A stretch of 64,000 nucleotides of DNA, taken from the NCBI GenBank assembly GCA_963724765.1, contig CAVRVY010000002.1, positions 416,001-480,000 of the forward strand. Reading direction: 5' to 3'. Source of the stretch: an uncultured delta proteobacterium (GTDB lineage Bacteria; Desulfobacterota; Binatia; Binatales; Binataceae). Below are positions 37,123-47,354 of this stretch, in pieces; position 1 is the stretch's first letter, and each line of letters opens with the position of its first letter. The notes under the pieces are model-generated. The model ran no database searches, was not told where the DNA came from, and worked only from the letters and a program-made list of their open reading frames with translations. The position numbers were made by a program, and so were the translations under genes.

Positions 37123-38336
37123 ACCTTGGGCTCCACCGACATTCCGGGATGCAGGCGATGCTCAGGGTCCTGGCCGGCATCGATGTCGATTCGCACCGGC
37201 AGGCGCTGAACCACCTTTACGTAGTTGCCGGTCGCGTTCTCGGAAGGAAGAAGGCTGAAGCGATCGCCGCTCGCGCCGGGCAGGTTCTTTACATAGCCCT
37301 GATAGTTGCGGCCGAAGGTATCGATATGAATGGTGACTTTCTGGCCGCGACGCATGTGCGCGAGTTGCGTCTCCTTGAAATTCGCGGTCACCCATATCTC
37401 ATCGGTTTCGGTCACGAACATTAGGGTCTGTCCAGGTTCGATTCGAGAGCCCAACTCGACGCTGCGCTTGCCGATGATGCCGTTGGCCGGCGCGTAGATT
37501 TTCGTGTAGCTCAGGTTGAGCAGAGCCTGATCGAGCGCCGCCCTGGCGGCATCGACGTCCGCCTCGCGCGCCGCGATCGTTTTGAGCGCGGAGCCCGCCG
37601 TTTCCCGATCGGAAGCGACCTTTGCCGCATCGACCCGGGCCGTTGTGATGTATTGATCGTATTCGTTCTGCGCCACCACTTGCCGGTCGAACAGGATGGC
37701 GAATCGTTGCGCATCCCTTTGCGCCTTGAAATTCGCCGCATCGCCTTCACGAACATTCGCCAGCGCAGCGGCATAGTCCTGTTTCGCGGAGGCGACCTGC
37801 GCGAGCGCCAGTTTCAGCCGCGCCTTTGCCTGCGCGGCTGCGACTTCGTAGTCGCGGGGATCGATCTCGACCAGCAACTCGCCCGCCTTCACACGATCGT
37901 CGTCCTCGGCGTGAACCCGGATGACGGTGCCGTTGATGCGGGAACTCAGAGGATCGATATGGCCGTCGATTTGCGCGTCATCGGTGGCCTCGTAGGATTG
38001 CAGATAGTTCCACGCAAACGGCCCGATCGCACCCGCTACGAAAACCAGCAACGCCGCCAGCAGGACTCTCCAAACTGTACGCTTGAACCAGGGACCTCCA
38101 CCGGCGCGCCCGTGCTCCCGCTCAGGCGCGGGGGGCAACTCGATACGTCGATAGCGTTCATCGCCGCCGTTGTGCTTGAGGGCTTCCAGCGGATCTTTAG
38201 AATCCATGCGCTCCGGCGGATGCTCCGGATCGAACTGAGCGTTTAGGTCTTCGGCGCCTGAGCTGACTCGCAAATCGCGACGGTTTTGGCCATCCGCGAA
38301 TTGCGCTCTGCCGTTATCTTCAATGAAGTCGTCCAC
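37110..38336 (-). CDS. EmrA/HlyD membrane fusion protein
   Basis: TDDAQIDG, ANFKETQL, FSLLP.ENATGNYVKVVQR.PVRI. Confidence 0.9.
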   Translation of the reverse strand: MDDFIEDNGRAQFADGQNRRDLRVSSGAEDLNAQFDPEHPPERMDSKDPLEALKHNGGDERYRRIELPPAPEREHGRAGGGPWFKRTVWRVLLAALLVFVAGAIGPFAWNYLQSYEATDDAQIDGHIDPLSSRINGTVIRVHAEDDDRVKAGELLVEIDPRDYEVAAAQAKARLKLALAQVASAKQDYAAALANVREGDAANFKAQRDAQRFAILFDRQVVAQNEYDQYITTARVDAAKVASDRETAGSALKTIAAREADVDAARAALDQALLNLSYTKIYAPANGIIGKRSVELGSRIEPGQTLMFVTETDEIWVTANFKETQLAHMRRGQKVTIHIDTFGRNYQGYVKNLPGASGDRFSLLPSENATGNYVKVVQRLPVRIDIDAGQDPEHRLHPGMSVEPKVWLR

Positions 38337-38351
38337 GTGTCACCGCTATTA

Positions 38352-38365
38352 CTTGCATATACAAG
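38352..38365. promoter_or_regulatory. Putative MarR operator 2
   Basis: CTTGCATATACAAG, a near-palindrome similar to the site at the marR start. Confidence 0.5.
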
Positions 38366-38385
38366 CATCGTGCCAAAAAAAGCCT

Positions 38386-38811
38386 TTAGTCGCGAAGCTT
38401 GCGAAGAACGGACTTCAAGGCAGCGACGTTGTCCGATCCCAACCGGCGGCTGACTTCCGCTTGCGCCTTTTGCCAGGCCGGAAAGCCCTTGCGAATCAGC
38501 CCCAGGCCTTTCTCGGTTACCCTAATCAGATGGCTTCGCCGATCCACATCCGGCTCCAGCCGGAGCCACCCCTTCGCGCACATCCGCTCGACGTTGCGGC
38601 TGAGCGTCGACTCGTCCATCTCGAGGAGTTTCGCCAGGTCCGCGGGCCTGGTCTCTTCCCGGTTTACAACCGCCACTAGCAGGTTGAACTGGCTGGCCTT
38701 CAGGCCAACGCCGGCCAAAGCTTCGTCATAGATCGCCGTGATCATCCGGTTCAGCATCCGGACCCGAAATCCGATACATTCCCGCCCGACCTGCCTGGTT
38801 TCTTCGGTCAT
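38386..38811 (-). CDS. MarR family regulator
   Basis: C.GFRVR..R..TAIYD..L, QFNLL, STLSRNV, DRRS...T.KG. Confidence 0.88.
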   Translation of the reverse strand: MTEETRQVGRECIGFRVRMLNRMITAIYDEALAGVGLKASQFNLLVAVVNREETRPADLAKLLEMDESTLSRNVERMCAKGWLRLEPDVDRRSHLIRVTEKGLGLIRKGFPAWQKAQAEVSRRLGSDNVAALKSVLRKLRD

Positions 38812-38814
38812 AGA

Positions 38815-38832
38815 TACATGTATATACATGTA
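38815..38832. promoter_or_regulatory. Putative MarR operator 1 (autoregulatory)
   Basis: Perfect 18-bp palindrome TACATGTATATACATGTA just upstream of the marR ATG. Confidence 0.6.
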
Positions 38833-38884
38833 CCAAGCCCTTGTCAAAGGGCCTCGAGGATCCTCGTTGTGTCCGCGTCTGCCG

Positions 38885-39700
38885 CTAACCCGCCGCCATG
38901 CACGCCGACAAGGCGGGTTCAAATTTCTTCAGGTATGGCGCTAGATCAGGCGCGAACGCCGGATGCTCGCGCAGCCTGGCGAAGTGCGCGAAGGCTCGCG
39001 GGAACTGCGCGCCGATCCCGCGATGCAGGATCGGTTCGAGCCCTTTGCTCTCAAGTTCGGCGGCCCTTGGGATCTCATTGAAGAACAGACTCAACTCGGC
39101 GGCGAAGCAAATGTCCGCGAGCGTGACCTTATCGGCCACCAGATACTCGTGGCCAGGCGATAACGCCTGATCGATTCCAGCGGCATATCCCGCAAACCCG
39201 TCGCGCGCTCTTGAATGAATCTCCGGCGAGACCGATCCGTTCATCAACGACAGCAGGTAATGCTGCGCGTCGCGGGCGAACACGAGGCTCGCGTCCAGGA
39301 AGCTATCGACGCGTGCAGCTTCGTATGCGCCGCGGCCGTATAGCGGAAATTTGCTTTCGCCCAGCCGCGCGACGGCTCGCATGATGCTGTTCGATTCGAA
39401 GATGCCGACCTTGCCGTCGGGGCTGAAGGCCGCTGGAACGGTGCCGAACGGATGCGCCTCCATGAATGCTTCGGTCTTATGGAGCGCCCCTTTGAAGCCG
39501 ACCTTACCTACCGCCCCGTCGCCAAGCCGGGATTGTTCGTCACTGGAGAGCGGCCGCGCATCGAAATCCCACAACCAGGATTGAAGCTCCTTCGGCGAGG
39601 CGCCCCTTACTTCGATTTCGACACTGCAAAGGCGCGCGGCAATCGTCGTTTTCCAGATGCGTGGGTTGGGCAGGTAGGAGAAAATTCGCAACTCACTCAT
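38885..39700 (-). CDS. Glutathione S-transferase-like protein
   Basis: HPFGTVP, FES..I.R, TLADI. Confidence 0.75.
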   Translation of the reverse strand: MSELRIFSYLPNPRIWKTTIAARLCSVEIEVRGASPKELQSWLWDFDARPLSSDEQSRLGDGAVGKVGFKGALHKTEAFMEAHPFGTVPAAFSPDGKVGIFESNSIMRAVARLGESKFPLYGRGAYEAARVDSFLDASLVFARDAQHYLLSLMNGSVSPEIHSRARDGFAGYAAGIDQALSPGHEYLVADKVTLADICFAAELSLFFNEIPRAAELESKGLEPILHRGIGAQFPRAFAHFARLREHPAFAPDLAPYLKKFEPALSACMAAG

Positions 39701-39761
39701 GATTCCTCCTGAGGTCGGCGGATGGCGGTTTGCTTACGCAGCGGCGCGAGCCGCGATGCAC

Positions 39762-40469
39762 CTACCAGGTCTCGCCAAACGGCCGGATCTCCACGTTAAA
39801 AGACCAGGCGCTGCGATCCTGGTGCGCGGCGTGCCAGATTTCCTCGGCGATTGCCGCGGGCTTGATGAAGAATGCGTCCGGAGCGTCGGGCCATCGCTTG
39901 CGCGTCCATTCCAGGTCGATGACCGCATCGATCAGCACGTAGGCGACGTGCACGCCCTTTGGTCCTACCTCGCGCGCGATCGATTCCGCGAGAATCCGCT
40001 GCGCGGCCTTGGTCGGCGCGAAACCCGCGAAGCCCGCTTTGCCACGCAGCGCGGAAGTGTTGCCGCTGGCGATGATAGCGCCTTGCCCCGCCGCGACCAT
40101 CGCAGGCGCGAGCCGCCGGGCGAGATGCAGCAGCGCCATCGTATTGACCTGGAAATTCCGATTGAGAACTTCGGGATCGATTTGCATGAAGTTGCCGAAA
40201 GCGCCGCCGACTGCGTTATGGATTAGCACCTTCGGCGCTCCGAGGTCGGCACGGACCGCCTCGATCGTGGCGTCGAGTTGCGCTTCGTCGGTGACGTCGC
40301 ATGGATACGCGCGCGCATCGGGGATTTCACGTTGCAGCAGGGCAAGCCGCTCTCGATTGCGTGCGAGCATCGCGACCGCATACCCACCATGCGCGAAGCG
40401 GCGCGCGATTGCCGCTCCGGTTCCCGGACCTACGCCGGTTACGATTGCGACTGGATTAGTATTAGGCAT
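39762..40469 (-). CDS. SDR oxidoreductase
   Basis: TGVGPGTG, F...K (FAPTK), ARE.GP.GVHVA, RPF.E.W. Confidence 0.88.
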   Translation of the reverse strand: MPNTNPVAIVTGVGPGTGAAIARRFAHGGYAVAMLARNRERLALLQREIPDARAYPCDVTDEAQLDATIEAVRADLGAPKVLIHNAVGGAFGNFMQIDPEVLNRNFQVNTMALLHLARRLAPAMVAAGQGAIIASGNTSALRGKAGFAGFAPTKAAQRILAESIAREVGPKGVHVAYVLIDAVIDLEWTRKRWPDAPDAFFIKPAAIAEEIWHAAHQDRSAWSFNVEIRPFGETW

Positions 40470-40515
40470 GAGGGTTTCCTTTTCTTCGATTCGAGCGGAG
40501 CCTGACTCGTTCGAA

Positions 40516-41724
40516 TTACTCTGCGGCCGGATTGCCAAGTCGATTGTGAACGACACGGCTCTGTTCCAGCCGCGCAATGTCATCACCGTTGTAGCCCAAG
40601 GTGTTCAGGATGGCCGTGTTGTCCGCGCCAAACAGAGGCGCCATCGTGCGGACGCCGGCAGGAGTGCGATCGAAGCGCGCCGCCGGCCGCGGCATTCGGA
40701 CTTTGCCGAAGGTTTTGCTCTGGAATTCTTCGAGGATGTGATTTTCGCGAACTTGCTGATCCTGGAGGAGTTCAAAGCGGCTCAAGACCGGAGCGGACGG
40801 GACATCGTTACTGAGCAGGCGTGGCAAGATTTCGCTCGCGGTCCACTTCTCCAGCTCGGCGGCCACGATCTCGCGCCTTTCTACCGCGTGTATAGACCGG
40901 TCGCGCGCGGTCTTGAAGCGGGGATCGTCGATGAGATCCTGCCGCTTGAGCGCGCGGCACATCCCGGCCCATTCGTCGTCGGACAGCGCAGCCGCGGTGA
41001 GGTATCGGTCCTGCGCTGCGAATACCAGGTCGGGCCCGAGCTCACCGTCGGAGGGGTCCCTCTCATCACCGACCAAGGTCAGGCTCGTCATCGCATCAGG
41101 CCACAGATAGGAAATCATCGCGTCCAGCATCGCGATCCGAACGTGTTGCCCTTGCCCGGATCGCTCCCGGGCGAACAGCGCCGCGGTGATCGCCTGGGCC
41201 GCGGTCAGCGCGGTGGTGTTGTCGGCGATGATGGTGCGCACCATCCGCGGGCGTCCGGTATCTTTGTCGCGCTGGACGTCCGCCAGGCCTGACAGAGCTT
41301 GAATCACCGGATCATAGGCGCGCTGGCCGGCATACGGGCCGGTCTCGCCAAAACCGTTTATCGATACATAGACGATGTCTCGCCGGATGCCGCGCACGGC
41401 GTCTTCTCCGAGGCCGACGCGCTCGGCCGTTCCGGGGCGGAAGTTGTGAACCAGGACGTCCGCTGTAGCGATCAGCTTTTTTACGATCTCGAGGCCCTCC
41501 GCGTTCTTGAGATCGATCGCCAGCGAGCGCTTGTTCCGGTTGCAGCACAGGAAGAACGCGGACATCCCATTGCGGCCCCGGCTCAAGTGGCGCATGAGGT
41601 CGCCGCGCGGCGGTTCGATCTTGATGACTTCGGCGCCCTGGTCGGCAAGCATCATGGTCGCGACCGGGCCTGCGACCATGCTCGTGAAATCCAATACTCG
41701 AACACCCTCTAAAGGTCCTGACAT
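40516..41724 (-). CDS. CoA-transferase family III (CaiB/BaiF)
   Basis: PLEGVRVLD, GAEVIKIEP, NRNKRS, NFRPG, AYD..IQA.SG. Confidence 0.9.
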   Translation of the reverse strand: MSGPLEGVRVLDFTSMVAGPVATMMLADQGAEVIKIEPPRGDLMRHLSRGRNGMSAFFLCCNRNKRSLAIDLKNAEGLEIVKKLIATADVLVHNFRPGTAERVGLGEDAVRGIRRDIVYVSINGFGETGPYAGQRAYDPVIQALSGLADVQRDKDTGRPRMVRTIIADNTTALTAAQAITAALFARERSGQGQHVRIAMLDAMISYLWPDAMTSLTLVGDERDPSDGELGPDLVFAAQDRYLTAAALSDDEWAGMCRALKRQDLIDDPRFKTARDRSIHAVERREIVAAELEKWTASEILPRLLSNDVPSAPVLSRFELLQDQQVRENHILEEFQSKTFGKVRMPRPAARFDRTPAGVRTMAPLFGADNTAILNTLGYNGDDIARLEQSRVVHNRLGNPAAE

Positions 41725-41756
41725 CTTCTCTTTCACCTCCGGAGGCGAGTCGCCCG

Positions 41757-42392
41757 CTACTGTGCGAAGTTCCTCTTGAGCGCCGCCGCATAAGCTGGAC
41801 GTTGCCCAAGGCGCTGGCGATATTGCGAGAACGTTTCAGATAGAGGAATCTCGCTCGACACCGCCCAATCCAGGCAGGTCATCAAGAGGATGTCCGCGGC
41901 GCTCAGCCGGTCGCCGAGCAGATATGGGCCACCGTTCTCGACTCGCGGCGCCATCGCTTCGAGGTTGTGCAGGAAGTATTTCTTTGCCGATTCGACCGCG
42001 GCTGGCGCCTCACCATAGATGTGTTTCAGTCCTGCGTGACGGCGCACGACGTACAGCGAACCGGCGTCGAGTTCGGAGACAACGAAGTAACACCATTCGT
42101 TCAAGGCCGCCCGGCTACTGGCGTCCCTCGGCACGTATAGTTCTTTGGAATTGGTAAAGGTTTCACCGAGATACTGGATAATCGCGGGGCTCTCGGTCAA
42201 AACAAACGACCCATGGCGAAGGACTGGAATCTTGTGTCTTGGATTAAGCCGCCTGAATTCATCGGTGTGAGTCTCGCCGCTGCGCGCCTGGATCGGATGA
42301 AATTCGTACTCCAAACCGAGTTCCAGCAGCATCCAGTGAGCGCGCATCGTGCGCCCTGTGCCGGTTCCCCACAAAGTCAAATCATGCGTCAT
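41757..42392 (-). CDS. Glutathione S-transferase
   Basis: NPRHKIP, TES.AI..YL, SAADI. Confidence 0.88.
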   Translation of the reverse strand: MTHDLTLWGTGTGRTMRAHWMLLELGLEYEFHPIQARSGETHTDEFRRLNPRHKIPVLRHGSFVLTESPAIIQYLGETFTNSKELYVPRDASSRAALNEWCYFVVSELDAGSLYVVRRHAGLKHIYGEAPAAVESAKKYFLHNLEAMAPRVENGGPYLLGDRLSAADILLMTCLDWAVSSEIPLSETFSQYRQRLGQRPAYAAALKRNFAQ

Positions 42393-42415
42393 GCCGGTCG
42401 CTCCATGCATGCGGG

Positions 42416-43147
42416 TTAGAACTTTTCTTTGAAGGGTCTGACATCGAGCTCGTGGCTCCAGGCACTACGGTCTTGGTGGGCCAGGTACCAGAACGCGTCA
42501 GCGATCGCCGACGGTTTGAGGAAATCTTCGTCCTTCCTGTCGGGGCGGAAGTTCCTCAGCAGCGGCATGTCGATACCGCCGTCTACGTTGACGTATGCGA
42601 CATGGACGCCCTGCGGATGAAGATCGCGCGCCATCACCTGAGCGAGACCTCGCACGGCGAACTTCGCCGGAGCGAACGCCGCCGAGTTCGGCCACGGCCG
42701 CACGCCTGCGGTCGCGCCGGTGATCAGAATCGAACCGCTGCCACGCGAGAGCATCTCTGGCGCGACCTGCCGCGCCCACAGGAACGCGCCAAACGTATGT
42801 AGCCGCCAGGTTTGCTCGAAAACTTCGGGCGTGGTTTCCAGGAGCCGGCCCATCGGCCGCCGGCCGCCGTTGTAAACCAGAATTTCGATTAGCCCAAGTT
42901 CGCGCCTGATCCGTTCGTGCGCCGCCGAGATTTCAGCTTCGATGGTAGCGTCACTCTGAATAGGAAGCGCAATGCCGCCAGCGGAGGTGATTTCGCCCGC
43001 GACGTTCTCGATCACGCCTGCGCTTCTCGCCACCAGCGCTACCTTGTAACCGGCGGCGAAGCGGCGGGCCAGAGCCATGCCAAGACCTTCGCCGACTCCC
43101 ACTACTACACAGACTTTGTTCAACCCGGGCGCGATGGAATCATTCAT
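42416..43147 (-). CDS. SDR oxidoreductase
   Basis: GVGEGLG, TGATA, FAPAK, RPF.EKF. Confidence 0.88.
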   Translation of the reverse strand: MNDSIAPGLNKVCVVVGVGEGLGMALARRFAAGYKVALVARSAGVIENVAGEITSAGGIALPIQSDATIEAEISAAHERIRRELGLIEILVYNGGRRPMGRLLETTPEVFEQTWRLHTFGAFLWARQVAPEMLSRGSGSILITGATAGVRPWPNSAAFAPAKFAVRGLAQVMARDLHPQGVHVAYVNVDGGIDMPLLRNFRPDRKDEDFLKPSAIADAFWYLAHQDRSAWSHELDVRPFKEKF

Positions 43148-43316
43148 GATAGTTGCGGGCCGGCTGGGCGCGTATGGCCAACTCGGCTCTCCTTGCAGGG
43201 TGTTGTGCCGTTCTCAACGGCCGGCGTGCCCATTGATGGCGCCTCTCATGTCTGTCATATTAATGACGCTCGTAATCAAAGATGTCAAGGGCGACTGGAA
43301 AAGCGAGGAAAGTCCG

Positions 43317-43934
43317 ATGCGGGTGTCGAAAGAAAAGGCGGCGCACAACCGTGAAGAAATCCTGACTTCGGCCGCGCGTCTATTCCGGCTACACGGCATC
43401 GGCGCGACCGGGGTTGATTCGATTACTAGAGAGGCCGGTCTTACTCACGGCGGTCTCTACAGCCAATTCGGGTCCAAACAGGCGATCGTGACTGAAGCAA
43501 TTCGTTTTGCGCTGGAACGATCCAAGCTTCGTTGGCAGCGAACGGCGCAAGGCAAGCCGGCAAGCAAGGCGTTGTCCGAAATCGTGACTACCTACCTTTC
43601 GCGAGCGCATCGCGACTCGCCCGGCCGGGGATGTCTGGTCGCGGCTCTGAGCAGTGACATCGCCCGGCAGCCCGAGGTCGTTCGTGAGGCTTTCACCAAA
43701 GAGTTGAAAAGCGTGCTTGAGTTTTTGACAGACCTGATGCCGGGCGATGCTCCCTCTCGCCGTTACGAGGACGCGGTTGCGGCGTTTGCTTGCATGGTTG
43801 GCGCGCTGATTCTCGCGCGGGCGGTAAACGACGAGAGCCTTTCGCGACGGATACTGAAGACCGCGGCGAAACGAGCAGGGAAATTTGCCAAAGCCGATGC
43901 ATCCGTCCGGCGGCGGCGCCCCGCCGTCAGGTAA
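43317..43934 (+). CDS. TetR family regulator
   Basis: IL..AARLF, AGLTHGG.Y..F.SK, YLS..HRD...GC. Confidence 0.9.
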   Translation: MRVSKEKAAHNREEILTSAARLFRLHGIGATGVDSITREAGLTHGGLYSQFGSKQAIVTEAIRFALERSKLRWQRTAQGKPASKALSEIVTTYLSRAHRDSPGRGCLVAALSSDIARQPEVVREAFTKELKSVLEFLTDLMPGDAPSRRYEDAVAAFACMVGALILARAVNDESLSRRILKTAAKRAGKFAKADASVRRRRPAVR

Positions 43935-43977
43935 AGATTGTTCGGCCAGTGGCGATTTGACGCGAGGAGGACTTTCC

Positions 43978-44721
43978 GTGGAGCACAGGAACGCTACGGC
44001 GGCAGTGATCGGAGCCGGCGATTACATCGGCGCCGCAATCGCAAAGAAATTCGCGGCGGAAGGTTTCATGGTTTTCGCCGGCCGCCGCAATGGTGAAAAG
44101 CTTGCGCCGCTGGTTGCGGATATCGAGGCTTCAGGCGGGCGAATCTTCGCGCGCGCGCTCGACGCCCGCAAGGAAGATGATATCAGCGCTTTCCTGCAGA
44201 GTGCTGACCAGCGAGCGCCACTGGAAGTCTGCATATTCAACATCGGCGCCAACGTCAATCTGCCGCTGCTCGAGACTACGGAGCGTATTTTTCGCAAGGT
44301 CTGGGAGATGGCCTGCTATTCAGGATTCCTGGTTAGCCGGGAAGCTGCCCGCCTGATGCTGCCGCGCGGGCGGGGGTCGATCTTTTTCACCGGCGCCACG
44401 GCGAGTCTGCGAGGCGGCTCCGGATATGCGGCGTTTTCCAGCGCGAAGTTCGGTCTCCGCGCGGTTGCGCAAAGTGTTGCGCGGGAACTCGGACCGAAGA
44501 ATATTCACGTCGCCCATCTCATCATCGATGCCGAAGTGGATACCGCATGGGTGCGTGATCGGATCAGGGAGAGAGAGGGGGAGGCTGGGCTCAAGAACCT
44601 CGAGCCGGGCCGGCTCATGCGCCCCGCTGCAGTCGCGCAGGCGTTTTGGCAGCTCTACCAGCAGCCTCGCGATGCGTGGACATTCGAGCAAGAAATTCGT
44701 CCCTTTGCGGAGAAGTGGTGA
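43978..44721 (+). CDS. SDR oxidoreductase
   Basis: GAGDYIG, FTGATAS.RG, FSSAK, RPF.EKW. Confidence 0.88.
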   Translation: MEHRNATAAVIGAGDYIGAAIAKKFAAEGFMVFAGRRNGEKLAPLVADIEASGGRIFARALDARKEDDISAFLQSADQRAPLEVCIFNIGANVNLPLLETTERIFRKVWEMACYSGFLVSREAARLMLPRGRGSIFFTGATASLRGGSGYAAFSSAKFGLRAVAQSVARELGPKNIHVAHLIIDAEVDTAWVRDRIREREGEAGLKNLEPGRLMRPAAVAQAFWQLYQQPRDAWTFEQEIRPFAEKW

Positions 44722-44860
44722 GTCGATCGCAACGTGGTCGACCTAGAGGCCGCGTGGTCGCTGACGACCGTGACTTTCGCGGCAGATGTCTATGCCTTCA
44801 TCAGAAAGATCTGATGGCCGGCACCGAGACTACGCGCAAGACTCACTGCGGTGGGTTGTT

Positions 44861-45718
44861 TCAATACAATTCAGGCACGGCGTTGTAGCGACGATTCCGT
44901 GGCTCGACATATCCGCGAGCTTTTTGTCTCTCGGGTAGTGTTATGGGTTCTTGCTTGATCTCCTGATAAGGAATGAGGCTCAAAAGGTGTGCAATGCAGT
45001 TGAGCCGCGCGCGCCGCTTGTCATCAGCGTTCACGATGAACCAGGGAGCGAACGACGTATCTGTAGCCGCGAGCATATCGTCCCGCGCTCGAGAATAGTC
45101 ATGCCAGCGCCGATGCGACTCGAGATCCATCGGACTGAGCTTCCAAATCTTGCGGCCATCATTGATGCGGGCGACAAAGCGGCGGGTTTGCTCTGCCTGG
45201 CTTACCTCGAACCAGTATTTGATCAGGATAATTCCCGACTCTACCACGGCCCGCTCCCACTGCGGGCACATCTCGAAAAAGCGCGTGACCTCCTGTTCTG
45301 TGGTAAAGCCCATGACGCGCTCCACCCCCGCGCGGTTGTACCAACTGCGATCGAAAATCACCACCTCCCCTGCGGCGGGCAGATGAGGAATGTAACGCTG
45401 GATGTACATCTGAGATTTTTCTCTCTCCGTTGGCGCCGGCAACGCTACGACTCTAAAAACCCTGGGACTGACTCGTTCCGTAATTCGCTTAATCACTCCG
45501 CCTTTCCCGGCCGCGTCGCGGCCCTCGAAGACGACTACGATTTTGAGTCCCCTGTGCTTCACCCATAGCTGTAGCTTGACGAGTTCAACCTCAAGCTTCG
45601 CCAATTTGCGCTCGAACTCGTTGCGCTTGAGTTGTGCAGGGCTTCCTTTGGTTGCGTTCGAGGGCGGGTTTGCCTTCGTCTTAGCTCTGGCCTTTTTACG
45701 CACGGCATAGCCCTCCAT
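44861..45718 (-). CDS. ppk2: Polyphosphate kinase 2
   Basis: FEGRDAAGKGG, DRSWYNRAGVERVMGF, WKLSPMD, KRRARLN. Confidence 0.93.
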   Translation of the reverse strand: MEGYAVRKKARAKTKANPPSNATKGSPAQLKRNEFERKLAKLEVELVKLQLWVKHRGLKIVVVFEGRDAAGKGGVIKRITERVSPRVFRVVALPAPTEREKSQMYIQRYIPHLPAAGEVVIFDRSWYNRAGVERVMGFTTEQEVTRFFEMCPQWERAVVESGIILIKYWFEVSQAEQTRRFVARINDGRKIWKLSPMDLESHRRWHDYSRARDDMLAATDTSFAPWFIVNADDKRRARLNCIAHLLSLIPYQEIKQEPITLPERQKARGYVEPRNRRYNAVPELY

Positions 45719-45842
45719 TGTCACGCCGCGTTGCCGCCTCACCGAGCGCTTTGCAAGGATATCTATCTTATCACTGTGTGAACGCGCATCTGCGTGTATA
45801 CAGTGATGGGGTAGTTACCTTCGCATAACTAGGGCGGGCTTC

Positions 45843-46289
45843 TCAGTTGAGGCTCAGGGGCGAGGCGAGAATTTTGGCCAGGCGCGCGCGCCGTTTGAGC
45901 AGGTCGGCGAGAGTATAGCGATCGAGAGTAACGAAGAAGTTGTCGCAGGCCTCGGCGATGATTTCGGCGAGGCCACAGGCATTCGCAATCACGCAGCGAT
46001 TCCGTTGCACATCGAAGCATTCCACCGGTTTGGCCGGTCCCTCGGTGTAGCGGACAACATCACCGATGTTGATCTGCGCAGGCTCACGCGCCAGTTCGAT
46101 GCCGCCGCCTTTTCCTCGATAGCTTTTGATGAAGCCGCCGCGCGCAAGGTTATGCACAACTTTGACCAAATGGTTGCGCGAGATGCCATAGCGCTCCGCT
46201 ATTTCCGAGATGTTGGCCATGCGGTTGCGTTGGAGGGCCAGATACATCAAAACGCGCAGAGAATAATCGGTGTAGTAGGTAAGCTGCAT
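45843..46289 (-). CDS. nsrR: Rrf2 family regulator, NsrR-like
   Basis: MQLTYYTDYSLRVLMYL, S.NHLVKVV, RGKGGG, three Cys ECF..RC...AC. Confidence 0.8.
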   Translation of the reverse strand: MQLTYYTDYSLRVLMYLALQRNRMANISEIAERYGISRNHLVKVVHNLARGGFIKSYRGKGGGIELAREPAQINIGDVVRYTEGPAKPVECFDVQRNRCVIANACGLAEIIAEACDNFFVTLDRYTLADLLKRRARLAKILASPLSLN

Positions 46290-46510
46290 GACGGCTAGAT
46301 TTCGAAGGCCTGAACGACTGGCAACAGCTCCCGCTTTCTCGCGCGGCCGAAGACTCTGTCCATAGAAGGATAGAAGACTGCCTCCTCGTTGCGATAGTGG
46401 CGCCGGCAGATGGCCATCGGCTCGTCGGGCCGGTGGCGGCTCGTACGTTCCGTACGGCCTGCGGTGAATAATTGCTTTCGATCGTGCATTGCTCTTGACC
46501 GCAGCGGTTG

Positions 46511-46533
46511 AAGATGTAGATTAAATACATCTT
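46511..46533. promoter_or_regulatory. NsrR-type operator (11-1-11)
   Basis: AAGATGTAGAT-T-AAATACATCTT between the divergent nsrR and hemerythrin operon. Confidence 0.75.
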
Positions 46534-46598
46534 AACTCTGCGATCCGTCAAGCGCGAGTCGGCCCCGATGGCACAGGGTCGGGAAAGATGAGGTGGCC

Positions 46599-47318
46599 AT
46601 GAGCACTCTGATTGAGGCAATCCGAAGGCACCATCTGTCTTTGGCGAAGACGCTGGAGCCGCATGCGCGTGGAGTCGGCGGTGGCGAGCCGCAGGCCGAG
46701 CGCGATGCGTTCGTCACGTTTTTGAAGCGCGATCTACTGCCGCATGCAAGCGGCGAGGAGCGCCACCTTTATCCGCTCGTCGATACACTGGTGCGAAGGT
46801 ATGGAAAGCCGACCACGACAATGATCGTCGACCACGAGTTCATCACCGACTACATCGCCAAAATCGAACGCACGACACTGGAGCTTGCGACCGCCAACAA
46901 CGGCGAGCGTTCGCAGCTCTTGCGGCGGCTGCGGGATCTCGCCCTGCGGCTCGACGCCATTGTGGAGCTTCACTTGGCCAAGGAAGAGCGGATTTACCTG
47001 CCCCTTATCGAGGAGCACGTCGACGAGGCACAGCAGCGCAACGTGCTCGAAGCTATTCACGAGTCTTACGAGAAGGCCAGGAAGACGCCTGAAGATCGTC
47101 CGCTGGACGTTCGCAGCGTCATTGCGCGGGAGCGTCACACGCTCATTTTTGAAACCTTCACGAGTCTCAGGCCGGGCGAGGCGTTCGTTCTGATCAACAA
47201 CCACGATCCTCGGCCGCTCTACTATCAGTTCCAGGCGGAACATACGGGCCAGTTTTCGTGGAATTACCTCGAGCAGGGGCCGGAGGTCTGGCGGGTCCGG
47301 ATCGGGCGCAGCGCCTGA
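46599..47318 (+). CDS. Hemerythrin-DUF2249 fusion protein
   Basis: HH, PHA..EE..LYP, DH, HL.KEE; C-terminal LDVR...RH..IF, N.HDPRPLYYQ, YLE.GP..WRV. Confidence 0.85.
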   Translation: MSTLIEAIRRHHLSLAKTLEPHARGVGGGEPQAERDAFVTFLKRDLLPHASGEERHLYPLVDTLVRRYGKPTTTMIVDHEFITDYIAKIERTTLELATANNGERSQLLRRLRDLALRLDAIVELHLAKEERIYLPLIEEHVDEAQQRNVLEAIHESYEKARKTPEDRPLDVRSVIARERHTLIFETFTSLRPGEAFVLINNHDPRPLYYQFQAEHTGQFSWNYLEQGPEVWRVRIGRSA

Positions 47319-47354
47319 TACCGGAGCTTCATCGAGCCGGCTCCGAGAGCGAAG

